From IMG/VR virus record IMGVR_UViG_3300029288_000086, positions 64,001 through 128,000 of that record: DNA of 64,000 bases; one strand, given 5' to 3'. Each line of letters opens with the position of its first letter. Within the stretch, counting starts at the first letter, position 1. Source of the stretch: a virus (taxonomy: Duplodnaviria > Caudoviricetes). Shown here piece after piece: positions 9,906-19,456 of this stretch. The translations under genes were made by a program, and so were the position numbers. The notes under the pieces are model-generated. The model worked only from the letters and a program-made list of their open reading frames with translations. It ran no database searches and was not told the DNA's origin.

Positions 9906-10375
9906 TATGATATCCTTTTTATCCAATGCAAAGATTTGTACGGGGGCATAGAAGAAGCCGTACTAGAAACACCGGTTTGCGCATGAGTATGATTATTCAT
10001 ACTGGTATTAGCTCCACCGACAGTGTGATAGTGATTAAAAGCCGCTGCTGTAGCACCTGTTCCACTTTGTGCCGTATGATAAGTCGCCTCTCCAGATGTA
10101 TTAAAACTAGATATGGAATGGTCGTGAGCAAAATTACTTACACCTCCCCCTGTGTGCAAATGGGTAGAAGCGCCTTCAGTTGTTAAAAGTTCTGTAGAAT
10201 TAGATGCCCCTTTTACAAATCTATCTTTTATATTCGGTGTTCCATTAAGCCCATTACATACTATATATCCAGAAGGAATTTCCGAAATTAATCCATACCA
10301 CATAGTAATAGCTCCTATAGGAAAACTTATATCAGCAACAGGGCTTTCATTTGAAAACTGATTGATAACTATCAT
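9905..10375 (-). CDS. Tail-collar domain protein with 4 HxH motifs (paralogue 1)
   Basis: FPIGAITMW...IPSGYIVCNGLNGTPNIKDRFVKG; MPPYKSLHWIKR. Confidence 0.8.
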   Translation of the reverse strand: MIVINQFSNESPVADISFPIGAITMWYGLISEIPSGYIVCNGLNGTPNIKDRFVKGASNSTELLTTEGASTHLHTGGGVSNFAHDHSISSFNTSGEATYHTAQSGTGATAAAFNHYHTVGGANTSMNNHTHAQTGVSSTASSMPPYKSLHWIKRIS

Positions 10376-10401
10376 TTATTTTTCCTTTTTTTGTATATAA
10401 A

Positions 10402-10434
10402 ATCTAGTCCTTAAAAATATTTTTAAGGACTAGA
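10402..10434 (-). terminator. Terminator-like hairpin after tape measure gene
   Basis: TCTAGTCCTTAAAAA / TTTTTAAGGACTAGA inverted repeat. Confidence 0.6.
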
Positions 10435-10439
10435 TAAAC

Positions 10440-13400
10440 TTAAATGCTTTGGTTAAATACATTAGCTTTTTTCCCGCGATGATTTACAACATCGTTCATA
10501 ACCGTAAATACCATTTGTTTAACTTCTTGTAATTTTACTTTGTCAAGATTCCCTTGCACTGTGATCGGCATAGTAACATTAATTTCATTATTGCCGTCAT
10601 TGGAAAGATTAGAAACAAATTGTGGTGATGCCACACCCGTTTTTTTCATAATGTTGTAGAATAAAGAAGCCAACGGAGACGCAGCTTGTATTTGAGAACG
10701 GTTTAATACTGCGCCAACTTCTTCGGGGTGCACCTTTATCAATCCTTCATTGTTTGTTTCAAAAGAACCACCGTCTGCAAAAGCAGTGCCCCTTTTTTTT
10801 GCTTCAGAGGGCTTTGTAATCGGAGAAACTATTTTTTTTGTAGCAGGTTTAGAAACAACATTACTACCGCCAGCAGAAGTAGATTCTGCTATTCTAGACA
10901 AAGCATCAATCATTTCATTGATTTTCTCAATCATAATATCAAAACGATCAATGACAAGATCTATGCCTGCTAATTGCATGTCTATCCATTTATCATATGC
11001 ATCTGCTTCAGCGTCCAAGGCTTCAATTTGAATATCATAGGTTCTATCGGCTTGCATTTTAGCAATTTCTTCTATTTTTTCAGCTTTTTCTTCTTCGAGC
11101 TTAAGACGTTTTGCTTTAGCTTCTTGACTATTATCAAACTGAATAGCAAATAACTGATCATCAATGTCTGCCAATTCTTTATTTTTTTCGCCCAGTTCAT
11201 CTTGATAATCTTTTTGTTCTTTATCCAGACGTAATGATTCTTTTTTTGCATCAATAATATCATGATAAGCATCTCTTTGAGCTTCTAATGCTTTTTTCTG
11301 ATCTTGAACTGCTTTTTTCTGAGCATTTATAGATTTTATTTCATCTTCATATCCTTGCTTTTTAAGTTTATTTAGTTCTTCTTGCTCGGATATAACAGAA
11401 CTACCACCAGAAGAAGAAACAGAAGGTATAGATATTTTTATACTCATCGCAGCAAAAGTTTTTAACAATCCTTGCAATCTTGCTGTTTCTTCAGCAGCCA
11501 ATTTAGCTGTTACTATCATCGAATTAGCTAAAATATAATTGCCATTTGCAGCAGCTATCGCAGCTTTTTGTAAACCATATTTTGCGAATTCATTTATTAA
11601 TTCTTGCTGTGTTGCAGCACGGGCAGCCTCTGCATCAAAAATATAACCATCCGCTGTTGCAGTAAGATATTGAGCAAGATTAGCATTAGCAGTAATAAGG
11701 TCTAAAGCAGTTTCATAAGAAATTTTACCTTCGTTAGATTGCTCTGACGCTGCTTTTGCAACAGCATCCATAGCAGAAGAAAGAGATTCGGAAGAAGCAA
11801 CGAGATCTTCAACAGCAGGAGGCAATTCTTCGATAGATGAAACTGTGTCAGCAATGCCCTCGCGCATCTCTCTCAAGTGCTCAGTAACACTATTTGCTGA
11901 AACAGCCGCGTTATTGTTTGTAGCATTTAACACATTTAAATAATGCTCATAATTGATAATAAGTTCTTGTGCACTTGATATTTCTTCTTGGTAAGTATCA
12001 ATCATTTCTTTAATCCAAGGATTGCTTTTTTCCTTACCGAGTTCAGAAAGAATTTCTTCTGGGGTTCCTTCAAATCGCTTTGCTTTACCGAGACCAGTTA
12101 CTCCCGTGCCTACGCTCCGCGTTGTTGATGTACTTAAGTATCCAAGCGCCGCTCCATAAGATTCTTTATTTTCTTGAATAAACTCTTTTGCTTCTAAATC
12201 TGCTTTTTTCTGAATCCATTCAATATTTTCTTTAATTGCCTGACTATTACTATCTACGGCAGCAGTATAAGCATTAACGCCATCTGTGGCGTATCCATAT
12301 TTTGTATTCAAAATGGTTTGAATATCCATCAATCTAACTAAATCATCGGCAGATTTGTCTGCTTTATTGGCGAGATTTTCATACTCAGAAGCTAAAGATT
12401 TCAAGTCATCTACATTCTTTGTTACTTCTTCATAATTTTTTTGAAGCTTATCATTTAAATTAGTCATTGAATTGCCAAATTTATCAGCATTGGCAATTAA
12501 TAAAACAACTCCCGCAACTAAAATACTTATTCCACCTGTTAGCAATGCCTGAGCCGAAGCTGCTGCCATAGTTGCTCCAGCAACCCCAAGCATTCCTTGT
12601 TTCCAAAGAACAAGCATGGTTATTAGCCTCGGAATATAAGTTATTATTTGTATTATTGAAGTGCCTATGGATTGAGCTTTTATAACCAATAATGATGCAC
12701 TAATTGCTAGTAAAACAGGAACCAATCCTCCTAAATTACTAATTAAATTTACAACCCCTGTTCCAAGTTTTAAAATGTCCTTTATCAAATCTTCTGAAAC
12801 AGTTTTAGACCACATTGCTTCTATCGAAGCTTTAAGTTTATTAGAATTAGCTTCAATACTGTCATTGAATATTTTATAGCGAGATTCCGTTGTTCCTAAA
12901 GCCTCTGCTTCAATAACTAATGCTTGATTATATTTTTCTTGATCATTAAGCAAGGCGGTTAAAATATTCGCTTGCCTTTGACCAGCAAAAGCATTCACCA
13001 GCATAGATTGCGTTACCGTATCTCCAGATTTTCCTAGTTCATCCCATTTTTCTCTGACATCGACTAGAACATCGCTAAAATCACGCCAAGTATTTTTGTC
13101 ATCACGAAGTTTAATATCAAGACTAGACAATACTTTTTCTACATCTGATATATCTTCACCTTCGTCACTTAGATATTTGCCGATTTTCACGTTTTGCATA
13201 CGCATCAAAATTGTTTTAAAAGATTGTCCAATACTTTCCGCTGCGATTCTAGTATCACTCGATACAACTGTAATCATAGCAGCCATTTCTTCTAAGGAAA
13301 TATTCGACTGCTTAGATACTGCTGAGACCTTTGTGAGTGCATCACTAATTTCTTGTGTACTGGTTGCAAAATTATTATCAAGAGAAACTAGCTTATCAAT

Positions 13401-14180
13401 TGTAGGAATAACTTCGTCTATAGTTAATTTAAAGCCATTCATAATAGAAGTAAGAGATTCGGTAGAATCCGCTTGATCCATATTTGCCAATTTAGCCATC
13501 ATAACACTTGCTCTTAGAAGCTGCTGGGTTTCGGAAATTGTCTTGCCTTGTCTCTGCCATTCCAAAGCACCTTTAGCAACTTCAAGAGTTGTAGCGCCAA
13601 GTTCTATAGCCAAACCATTATATTGAGAAGCTAAATTAGATATTTGTTTTTCAGTATACCCTGTAACAATTTGGGTATCAGTCATTTCTTTATTTAAATC
13701 TTTGATATACTGAACGCCCTCTTGAATTTTTTTCAAAGATCCGTACAACAAGCCGGTTGCGACACCCCAAAGAGCAATTTTAGTAACTGCCTTACCTATT
13801 GCTGTAGTAAAATTATCTGTACTATTAGTAGTTGTTCTAATACCTTGATTAGTCCGTGTTATATTATTTTGAAATTTCCCCATTTCCACATTGACATTAT
13901 CGAGAGATGTTTCACCACGGGAATATGCCCCGATAAGATCTTGCATATGAGCATACTGACTAGAAATTCCAGATGTTTTAAATGCGTCAACATTCGATAC
14001 TTTCAATTTTTCTAACTTATTCTGAAGAGTACCAACTGTAGTATTTAATTTAGCCAATTCAGAATCTGACATTCCTGTTATTTTTGCTTTAACATTAATT
14101 GCAGGATTATAACTTTTTAACTTCGCTTCTACGCCACTGGTATCTAATTGTAACTTTGCAAGAATACTATATTCACTCAT
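10440..14180 (-). CDS. Tail tape measure protein (TP901-type core)
   Basis: 1246 aa helical A/L/K-rich; LGATT.EV, SIGQSFKTILMR, AGQRQAN, coiled-coil C-half, FADGG motif. Confidence 0.9.
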   Translation of the reverse strand: MSEYSILAKLQLDTSGVEAKLKSYNPAINVKAKITGMSDSELAKLNTTVGTLQNKLEKLKVSNVDAFKTSGISSQYAHMQDLIGAYSRGETSLDNVNVEMGKFQNNITRTNQGIRTTTNSTDNFTTAIGKAVTKIALWGVATGLLYGSLKKIQEGVQYIKDLNKEMTDTQIVTGYTEKQISNLASQYNGLAIELGATTLEVAKGALEWQRQGKTISETQQLLRASVMMAKLANMDQADSTESLTSIMNGFKLTIDEVIPTIDKLVSLDNNFATSTQEISDALTKVSAVSKQSNISLEEMAAMITVVSSDTRIAAESIGQSFKTILMRMQNVKIGKYLSDEGEDISDVEKVLSSLDIKLRDDKNTWRDFSDVLVDVREKWDELGKSGDTVTQSMLVNAFAGQRQANILTALLNDQEKYNQALVIEAEALGTTESRYKIFNDSIEANSNKLKASIEAMWSKTVSEDLIKDILKLGTGVVNLISNLGGLVPVLLAISASLLVIKAQSIGTSIIQIITYIPRLITMLVLWKQGMLGVAGATMAAASAQALLTGGISILVAGVVLLIANADKFGNSMTNLNDKLQKNYEEVTKNVDDLKSLASEYENLANKADKSADDLVRLMDIQTILNTKYGYATDGVNAYTAAVDSNSQAIKENIEWIQKKADLEAKEFIQENKESYGAALGYLSTSTTRSVGTGVTGLGKAKRFEGTPEEILSELGKEKSNPWIKEMIDTYQEEISSAQELIINYEHYLNVLNATNNNAAVSANSVTEHLREMREGIADTVSSIEELPPAVEDLVASSESLSSAMDAVAKAASEQSNEGKISYETALDLITANANLAQYLTATADGYIFDAEAARAATQQELINEFAKYGLQKAAIAAANGNYILANSMIVTAKLAAEETARLQGLLKTFAAMSIKISIPSVSSSGGSSVISEQEELNKLKKQGYEDEIKSINAQKKAVQDQKKALEAQRDAYHDIIDAKKESLRLDKEQKDYQDELGEKNKELADIDDQLFAIQFDNSQEAKAKRLKLEEEKAEKIEEIAKMQADRTYDIQIEALDAEADAYDKWIDMQLAGIDLVIDRFDIMIEKINEMIDALSRIAESTSAGGSNVVSKPATKKIVSPITKPSEAKKRGTAFADGGSFETNNEGLIKVHPEEVGAVLNRSQIQAASPLASLFYNIMKKTGVASPQFVSNLSNDGNNEINVTMPITVQGNLDKVKLQEVKQMVFTVMNDVVNHRGKKANVFNQSI

Positions 14181-14242
14181 ATTTTATATGCACTCCTTTC
14201 TGCGCAAGAAGCGCATATTATCTGTTTATTTGTTTTTACCCA

Positions 14243-15238
14243 TTATTTAAGGGCTTTAAGCTCAGGCCATTGAGTGTCCTTCGTTGTCAGATCTGTGTAA
14301 AGGCTCACCATGCTCTCGCTTGACCACCCAATTAGGGACTGTATTAATTGAGAAGGTATCTTTTTTCTAGCAAATTCAGTCACTACAAAGTGGCGACACG
14401 CGTGTGGATAAAACGACATGCCTAGTCTTTTCTCAATTAAAGAAACCCAATATCTGGCCGTTACATCCGTTGCAGGAGTTCCATCTGTTTTTATAAAAAT
14501 AGAATTATGCTCTTGATTATTTTTTTTCATAATTCCTTCTCTTTCTACTAACCATTCTTTATAAAAAGGCATAAACTTATCTTTGAGAATATATTTATAT
14601 AACATTTTTCCTGAACGTCCCCTTCCTTTTGTTTGGACGGGATGAGTGGTCTCAAGAAATAAGTCTTCGAAAGCTGTATTGCTCTCATCAATGAGATCAA
14701 CAGTAAACCGCAATAATTCTGAGAATCTAGATCCAGAAAATACAGCAAGCGCTAACCAACAAGCAATGACTTTATTTTCTTTAGAAAAATATTCTAATAA
14801 GTCATTCACTTGTTCGTTTGATAAAATTGTTTTTTCTCTTCTCAATTCTTTAGGGGCGCTTTCTATTGTTTTTAAAATTATCGAATGAAAATTAGGATAT
14901 TCTGTATCATAAAATTTTTCTATAAATATAGATAAAGATGATAAGAACGACCGAAGCCTATTGGCTCTCGAAGAACCAACGCGCATCTCGTCTGCCACGA
15001 AGGAAAAAAATTCTGCTAGCTCTAATTTTCTAATATCTGTGAATAATTTATTATCATTATGAAGCAAATTCCACACCATGAAGATGTTGCTGTCACTCTG
15101 ATATGCCAAAATTGTCTTGCCACTACACCTTGTTGATTTTTCTCTAAGAAATTTTTCTACAAGTTTTTTATTGATAGGATTTATTTGTTCTATTAATTCT
15201 TCTGTAACGAACTTGTTTTTGTAAGTTTTACGTGCCAT
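14243..15238 (-). CDS. Tyrosine recombinase/integrase with intact catalytic set
   Basis: SGSRFSEL (R), TKGRG (K), YPHACRH (HxxR), IGWSS (W), VSLY (Y). Confidence 0.9.
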   Translation of the reverse strand: MARKTYKNKFVTEELIEQINPINKKLVEKFLREKSTRCSGKTILAYQSDSNIFMVWNLLHNDNKLFTDIRKLELAEFFSFVADEMRVGSSRANRLRSFLSSLSIFIEKFYDTEYPNFHSIILKTIESAPKELRREKTILSNEQVNDLLEYFSKENKVIACWLALAVFSGSRFSELLRFTVDLIDESNTAFEDLFLETTHPVQTKGRGRSGKMLYKYILKDKFMPFYKEWLVEREGIMKKNNQEHNSIFIKTDGTPATDVTARYWVSLIEKRLGMSFYPHACRHFVVTEFARKKIPSQLIQSLIGWSSESMVSLYTDLTTKDTQWPELKALK

Positions 15239-15256
15239 TATTTTTAATTTCCTCCA

Positions 15257-16186
15257 TTATGTCATGTCTAAATAATCTACGGGAAAATTTAGTTTTAATA
15301 AATTGTGATAAAGTTCCCAAGACTTTTCATCATATGCTTTTGCTGCCTCTAGCTCCAATTTAAAACTTCCTAAATGAACACTTTTCCCACCAATCCCTAT
15401 TTTTGATCTCCAATTATTATTTATTTTGTCAAAAGAAACCCCTACATATATACTACTTGTGTTTTTCAATCTCTTTATCCCTGCCATTTTTTCACTTGAA
15501 GACTTTCTTTTTCCTTCAGCCCTACTTCGCTTTTGCGATTCTGACATTTTTAGTTTTGTTTCGGGCGATGCTTTTCTACCAAGATTGGCAATTAATAATG
15601 CCATTTTAATTTTTTCACGAGTTTCTTGACTTCTGTTTTTTATCCCCTCCATCATTTTAGCATGGTGTTCTTCTGTCATTGGAACCCCCTTATTTACAGG
15701 AGGAAGCCCTTTCCTTAATAAAGATAATCTCTGCTTCTCTTTTTCATCTATTTTTATTCTTTTTCTTTTATTGGCATCGCTCATTCGTTTTTTAGTAATA
15801 TCTGATACTATTCTATTCTTTTTTTCAATAGATCGTCTTTCAAGTTCTTTGATATCAAATTCTATTCCCAATACTCCTAAACCACCATCTGTTTTATTAT
15901 ATCCAAGTTTATTATTTTTTGATTGATATAAAGAAATATAATATTTTTCACGATCATGAAGAACATCCATTTCACATTCTTCTAGAATATAAAATTTAAA
16001 ATTTTCTTCTCCGTATTTATTCCATGCTGATTGCAAATGATGATTCCCATGCCTATCATTTCTTAAAGCACATCTATGATTTATCCATCTATCATTAATA
16101 TTAACGGCACATCCTATATATTTTTTATTATTAATAATATTTTCAATACAATATATTCCACATAATATTTTAGATCTCATAATCAT
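15257..16186 (-). CDS. Free-standing GIY-YIG homing endonuclease with NUMOD3 repeats and AP2 domain
   Basis: GIYCIEN..N.KKYIG, HLQSAWNKYG, GYN.TDGG, SPETKLKMSES, Y.GVSF...WR.KI...LG.F..E.EAA.AYD. Confidence 0.9.
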   Translation of the reverse strand: MIMRSKILCGIYCIENIINNKKYIGCAVNINDRWINHRCALRNDRHGNHHLQSAWNKYGEENFKFYILEECEMDVLHDREKYYISLYQSKNNKLGYNKTDGGLGVLGIEFDIKELERRSIEKKNRIVSDITKKRMSDANKRKRIKIDEKEKQRLSLLRKGLPPVNKGVPMTEEHHAKMMEGIKNRSQETREKIKMALLIANLGRKASPETKLKMSESQKRSRAEGKRKSSSEKMAGIKRLKNTSSIYVGVSFDKINNNWRSKIGIGGKSVHLGSFKLELEAAKAYDEKSWELYHNLLKLNFPVDYLDMT

Positions 16187-16619
16187 ACCTTAAAACTATT
16201 TCAACTCTCGGATTCACTTTATCATACTTAAAACTTTCAAAAGCAATTTCTAACATATCTCCACTATCATCCACCAAGACATTTGCCTCTACAAAACCAT
16301 CTTGAAAAAATTTAGGACTTAACATTAAATTGTCCATATCTCTTCTTCGATGATCCGCAAAATAAAATGTATAAGTCATTTTCGCTTTATCTATGTTTAG
16401 ATTTGCAATTTTATAATAACTTGCGAGCCATATCGAGAATTCTTTATACTTTTGTTTCATATCATTTTGTTGCATTCTCTTTATTGCTGTAAAGCGATTT
16501 AGTGACGGCGGAAAAGGTTTGTCAATTGGTTTCTTTTTTCTCTTAGGATACTTATTAAAGTATTCATCATAATATTTATTCAAAACATCATAATCTATTA
16601 TAATTTTTATTTCTTGCAT
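16170..16619 (-). CDS. rusA: RusA-like Holliday junction resolvase
   Basis: PPSLN, RRRDMDN, DG.V..VLVDD, NPRVEI. Confidence 0.8.
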   Translation of the reverse strand: MQEIKIIIDYDVLNKYYDEYFNKYPKRKKKPIDKPFPPSLNRFTAIKRMQQNDMKQKYKEFSIWLASYYKIANLNIDKAKMTYTFYFADHRRRDMDNLMLSPKFFQDGFVEANVLVDDSGDMLEIAFESFKYDKVNPRVEIVLRYDYEI

Positions 16620-16650
16620 TTACATACCTCCAATCCATCTTAAAAATAAT

Positions 16651-16678
16651 GGCAGAATATGAATTAACATATTCTGCC
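16651..16678 (-). terminator. Terminator-like hairpin after holin
   Basis: GGCAGAATATG / CATATTCTGCC inverted repeat. Confidence 0.55.
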
Positions 16679-16703
16679 TCATTCCTAAAAAACAATATAA
16701 ATA

Positions 16704-17171
16704 TTATATAATACGATCCGGTATTTTTACCTGCGGAACCAATGGTTCATTTACAGGAACAACAGGATTTTCCTTCGCAATAAGCGCTTCAGTTTTTGCT
16801 ATAGCTTCTGGTGATTTCTCTTTTCCTACATTAAAATTATTATAGACAGCAGCTTCAATCGCGGCATCTAATACAGCCAAATCAATTTTAACCTTGTGAG
16901 AATCTAGATAAGTTTGTGCAATCTTAATAGCTTCATCTTTTTTGCTAACAATAACACCGTCAAGATCAAGTTGCTCGGCACATTGAACTGCTAAGTCTAC
17001 TGCCTCTTGCAAAATAGCCCTATTCTTATCGCTAAGTTGTCCTTGAATTTTTACAATAACTTCCTTAATCCATGCGCTAATAAGCGTAGCGAAAGCAACT
17101 GCCAAAATCGGTAAAGATAGTTCCAACACCTTTTGTAAAAATGTCCAAAAGAATTGTGTAAAAACTTCCAT
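16704..17171 (-). CDS. Holin, LL-H family
   Basis: N-terminal TM then AVQCAEQL, K..EA...L, LDAAIEAAV. Confidence 0.75.
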   Translation of the reverse strand: MEVFTQFFWTFLQKVLELSLPILAVAFATLISAWIKEVIVKIQGQLSDKNRAILQEAVDLAVQCAEQLDLDGVIVSKKDEAIKIAQTYLDSHKVKIDLAVLDAAIEAAVYNNFNVGKEKSPEAIAKTEALIAKENPVVPVNEPLVPQVKIPDRII

Positions 17172-17197
17172 ATATTATTCTCCTTTTGTAAATATTA

Positions 17198-17686
17198 TTA
17201 ACCTCGTATAAACGAGATATCATGCGCGACAAACGCCCCTTCCAATATTGCATCAAAACTTCCATCTTCTAGCATTCGTTCCACAACATTCCAGAAAGGT
17301 CTTGCTTCACCAGCATATCCACCAAAATCATAATTATTCCCAGATTCTATGTATTCAGCAAGATTTTTACGTCTATCTAAAACACTGTTACCATGTTGAT
17401 GTTCATCAGGATTATATTCCATTCGTGCCCAATCATACCCCACTCTGGCACTAATTTCGTTCCCGATAAACTTTGCAGTATCCTTCGACCATGCATCTAG
17501 AAAACCCCCACTATCCATAAGTCTAACATAATCTCCGCTATAAGGATAGTCTTCATAAACATTTAAGAAAACAACCTCTTTTATATTTTCCAAAATTACT
17601 TGAGTTACATCATCCATGATCTTTCTCAGATCATTTCCGATAATTTGCATCAGCATAGCATCATTTGTTATAGGAGTACTGTTCAT
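17198..17686 (-). CDS. Putative tail component (HK97 gp10-like)
   Basis: VY..Y....Y.R, ARPFW motif, tail operon position. Confidence 0.5.
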   Translation of the reverse strand: MNSTPITNDAMLMQIIGNDLRKIMDDVTQVILENIKEVVFLNVYEDYPYSGDYVRLMDSGGFLDAWSKDTAKFIGNEISARVGYDWARMEYNPDEHQHGNSVLDRRKNLAEYIESGNNYDFGGYAGEARPFWNVVERMLEDGSFDAILEGAFVAHDISFIRG

Positions 17687-17692
17687 AAGAAT

Positions 17693-17959
17693 TTACCTCC
17701 TATTATACTTAGAATTATTAAATTTATCTTTATCTTTCCATGATTTCTCAAGAACAACTGCCTCAACAACCTCGACTTTATTATTGTTGCGCTTATCTGT
17801 TATATTTTCCCTGCACCCACATTCGTCACAAATACGAAATGTTTCAACATAACTTGCCCCTGTTTCGTCATCAATAATATCAACAATGCTCATCCTGTCA
17901 TTTTCACAGTCAGGACACGGATGTTTTATCTTTTTTCTAAATTTCTCTTTCACAGTCAT
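17693..17959 (-). CDS. Small zinc-ribbon protein
   Basis: CPDC...CDECG. Confidence 0.6.
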   Translation of the reverse strand: MTVKEKFRKKIKHPCPDCENDRMSIVDIIDDETGASYVETFRICDECGCRENITDKRNNNKVEVVEAVVLEKSWKDKDKFNNSKYNRR

Positions 17960-17978
17960 ATTTATCTTTTCAATGAAA

Positions 17979-18575
17979 TCACGATTTCATGGGGATCTTT
18001 TGTGTTGTTTCGGAAGGCTTTTTAGATTTCTTTTCCGAAACGGAAGAGGTGCCCTCAATTTTAGGGAATACTTCTGCGAGTTGCTGTAATTGGGGTGCGA
18101 TATCTTTTGCGAGATTTTGAACTCCTTCAGGAGACCAATCCATCTGTGAAATATTATCAATAAACAATCCTACTTTGTCAATAAGTTTATTTAACTTTCC
18201 TTCCAGATTTTTTTGTTGGGAGATTCTTTCGATGTCTCTTGACAATTCTGCAAAATTAATAATAGCACTTTTAATTTTATACCAAGCACCTGTATTCAAA
18301 AGATTGTCTACAAATTTAGTGGCTTTTTCATTATCATTTTTTTCATCCTCAATATTAATATCAGTCATAATATTAATGACATTTAAAACCAAATTAAGTT
18401 CTGCCTCTAAGTGAGATTCTACGGGGGACAATTCTCTCTCTGCAAAATAAGCATCCAATATAGCATGCTTTCCTGTAATATCAAGATAAGAATTTACCCA
18501 TATTTTCTGATTGCCAACCTCAATCTCTGTTTTTACTTTTTCTGGAAATTTTAAATCAATCTTTTTTTCTTCCAT
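17979..18575 (-). CDS. Hypothetical protein (possible tail assembly chaperone)
   Basis: Between tail tube and TMP genes; stop codon lies inside the palindromic motif. Confidence 0.45.
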   Translation of the reverse strand: MEEKKIDLKFPEKVKTEIEVGNQKIWVNSYLDITGKHAILDAYFAERELSPVESHLEAELNLVLNVINIMTDINIEDEKNDNEKATKFVDNLLNTGAWYKIKSAIINFAELSRDIERISQQKNLEGKLNKLIDKVGLFIDNISQMDWSPEGVQNLAKDIAPQLQQLAEVFPKIEGTSSVSEKKSKKPSETTQKIPMKS

Positions 18576-18603
18576 TTTTCCTTTATCCTAAAAATATAAA
18601 ATT

Positions 18604-19044
18604 TTAAAATTCTTCTTTGTCAGATTTTCTTACAACTTTGCGAGGAATTTTCATTTTGACAGGTTCTACATTAGCAGGGGCATATGTCTTAACTTGGCTA
18701 ACAAGTCTATCTGCCCAATCTCTCAAAGATTCATTCTCTGCTTTTGCTTCATCTAATTCAAACTGAAGTTCCTCTACGTCCAGTCTAAGCCCCTCTATTT
18801 CTCTTTCATATTTTCTGCAATTTGCGGTAAGTTCTTTACGCATCTCAGCTACTTGAGCAGCGGCTTCTTTAGAAATAGACAAAGCATCTGCGGTATTGTC
18901 CAACGCTAATTGGCCACCCTCAAGAATCGTTTTTTCGGTCTCTACTTTTAATTTTTGCTTATCGCTTTTAGAAAGAAAGGTCTTCCATAGCATTACTAGA
19001 ACGCCAACGATAGCGATAATGTCTGTAACGCTAAGATTCTCCAT
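18604..19044 (-). CDS. Membrane-anchored coiled-coil protein (possible lysis accessory)
   Basis: N-terminal TM IIAIVGVLVMLW plus heptad region; start refined to ATG 19044 with SD. Confidence 0.5.
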   Translation of the reverse strand: MENLSVTDIIAIVGVLVMLWKTFLSKSDKQKLKVETEKTILEGGQLALDNTADALSISKEAAAQVAEMRKELTANCRKYEREIEGLRLDVEELQFELDEAKAENESLRDWADRLVSQVKTYAPANVEPVKMKIPRKVVRKSDKEEF

Positions 19045-19393
19045 TCCTTTTCTCTCCTCTTGTTCTAAATTTTTTAATGCTGTCACGAATTAGATCAGGT
19101 AAATAAACAGGTTTTTGATTAGCAAGCAATAACAGAAAAACTAAAATCACCATAGATGGTCGTATAAATGTAGATGCAAAATTGTATTCGCTACCTTTTG
19201 GAATAAATACTAATATAGTATAAACAACACTCCAATAAAAACCTAATACTATATATGTCCATTTAGCCCATCCAACATCAGAGAACCTTCTTTTTTTCTT
19301 CGAATTTTTTAATACATCTATTAAATTTGCTAATCCAACAATAAAGCTTCCAAAAATCATTGCATATAAATAAATGTTTGCAATAATATCCAT
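19031..19393 (-). CDS. Three-TM membrane protein (holin-like candidate)
   Basis: Three hydrophobic segments; start refined to MDIIAN behind AGGAGG. Confidence 0.5.
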   Translation of the reverse strand: MDIIANIYLYAMIFGSFIVGLANLIDVLKNSKKKRRFSDVGWAKWTYIVLGFYWSVVYTILVFIPKGSEYNFASTFIRPSMVILVFLLLLANQKPVYLPDLIRDSIKKFRTRGEKRNGES

Positions 19394-19456
19394 CGCATTG
19401 CCTCCTTTTAAAAAAGGGGCGAGGATTAGTCGCCCCCCTAATAGCAATGCTTAGAA

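Noticed and set aside
3418-10375. Diversity-generating retroelement or invertible tail-fibre shufflon
   Set aside because: No reverse transcriptase, no TR/VR pair, and no inverted cassettes; the paralogues are co-oriented and highly diverged.
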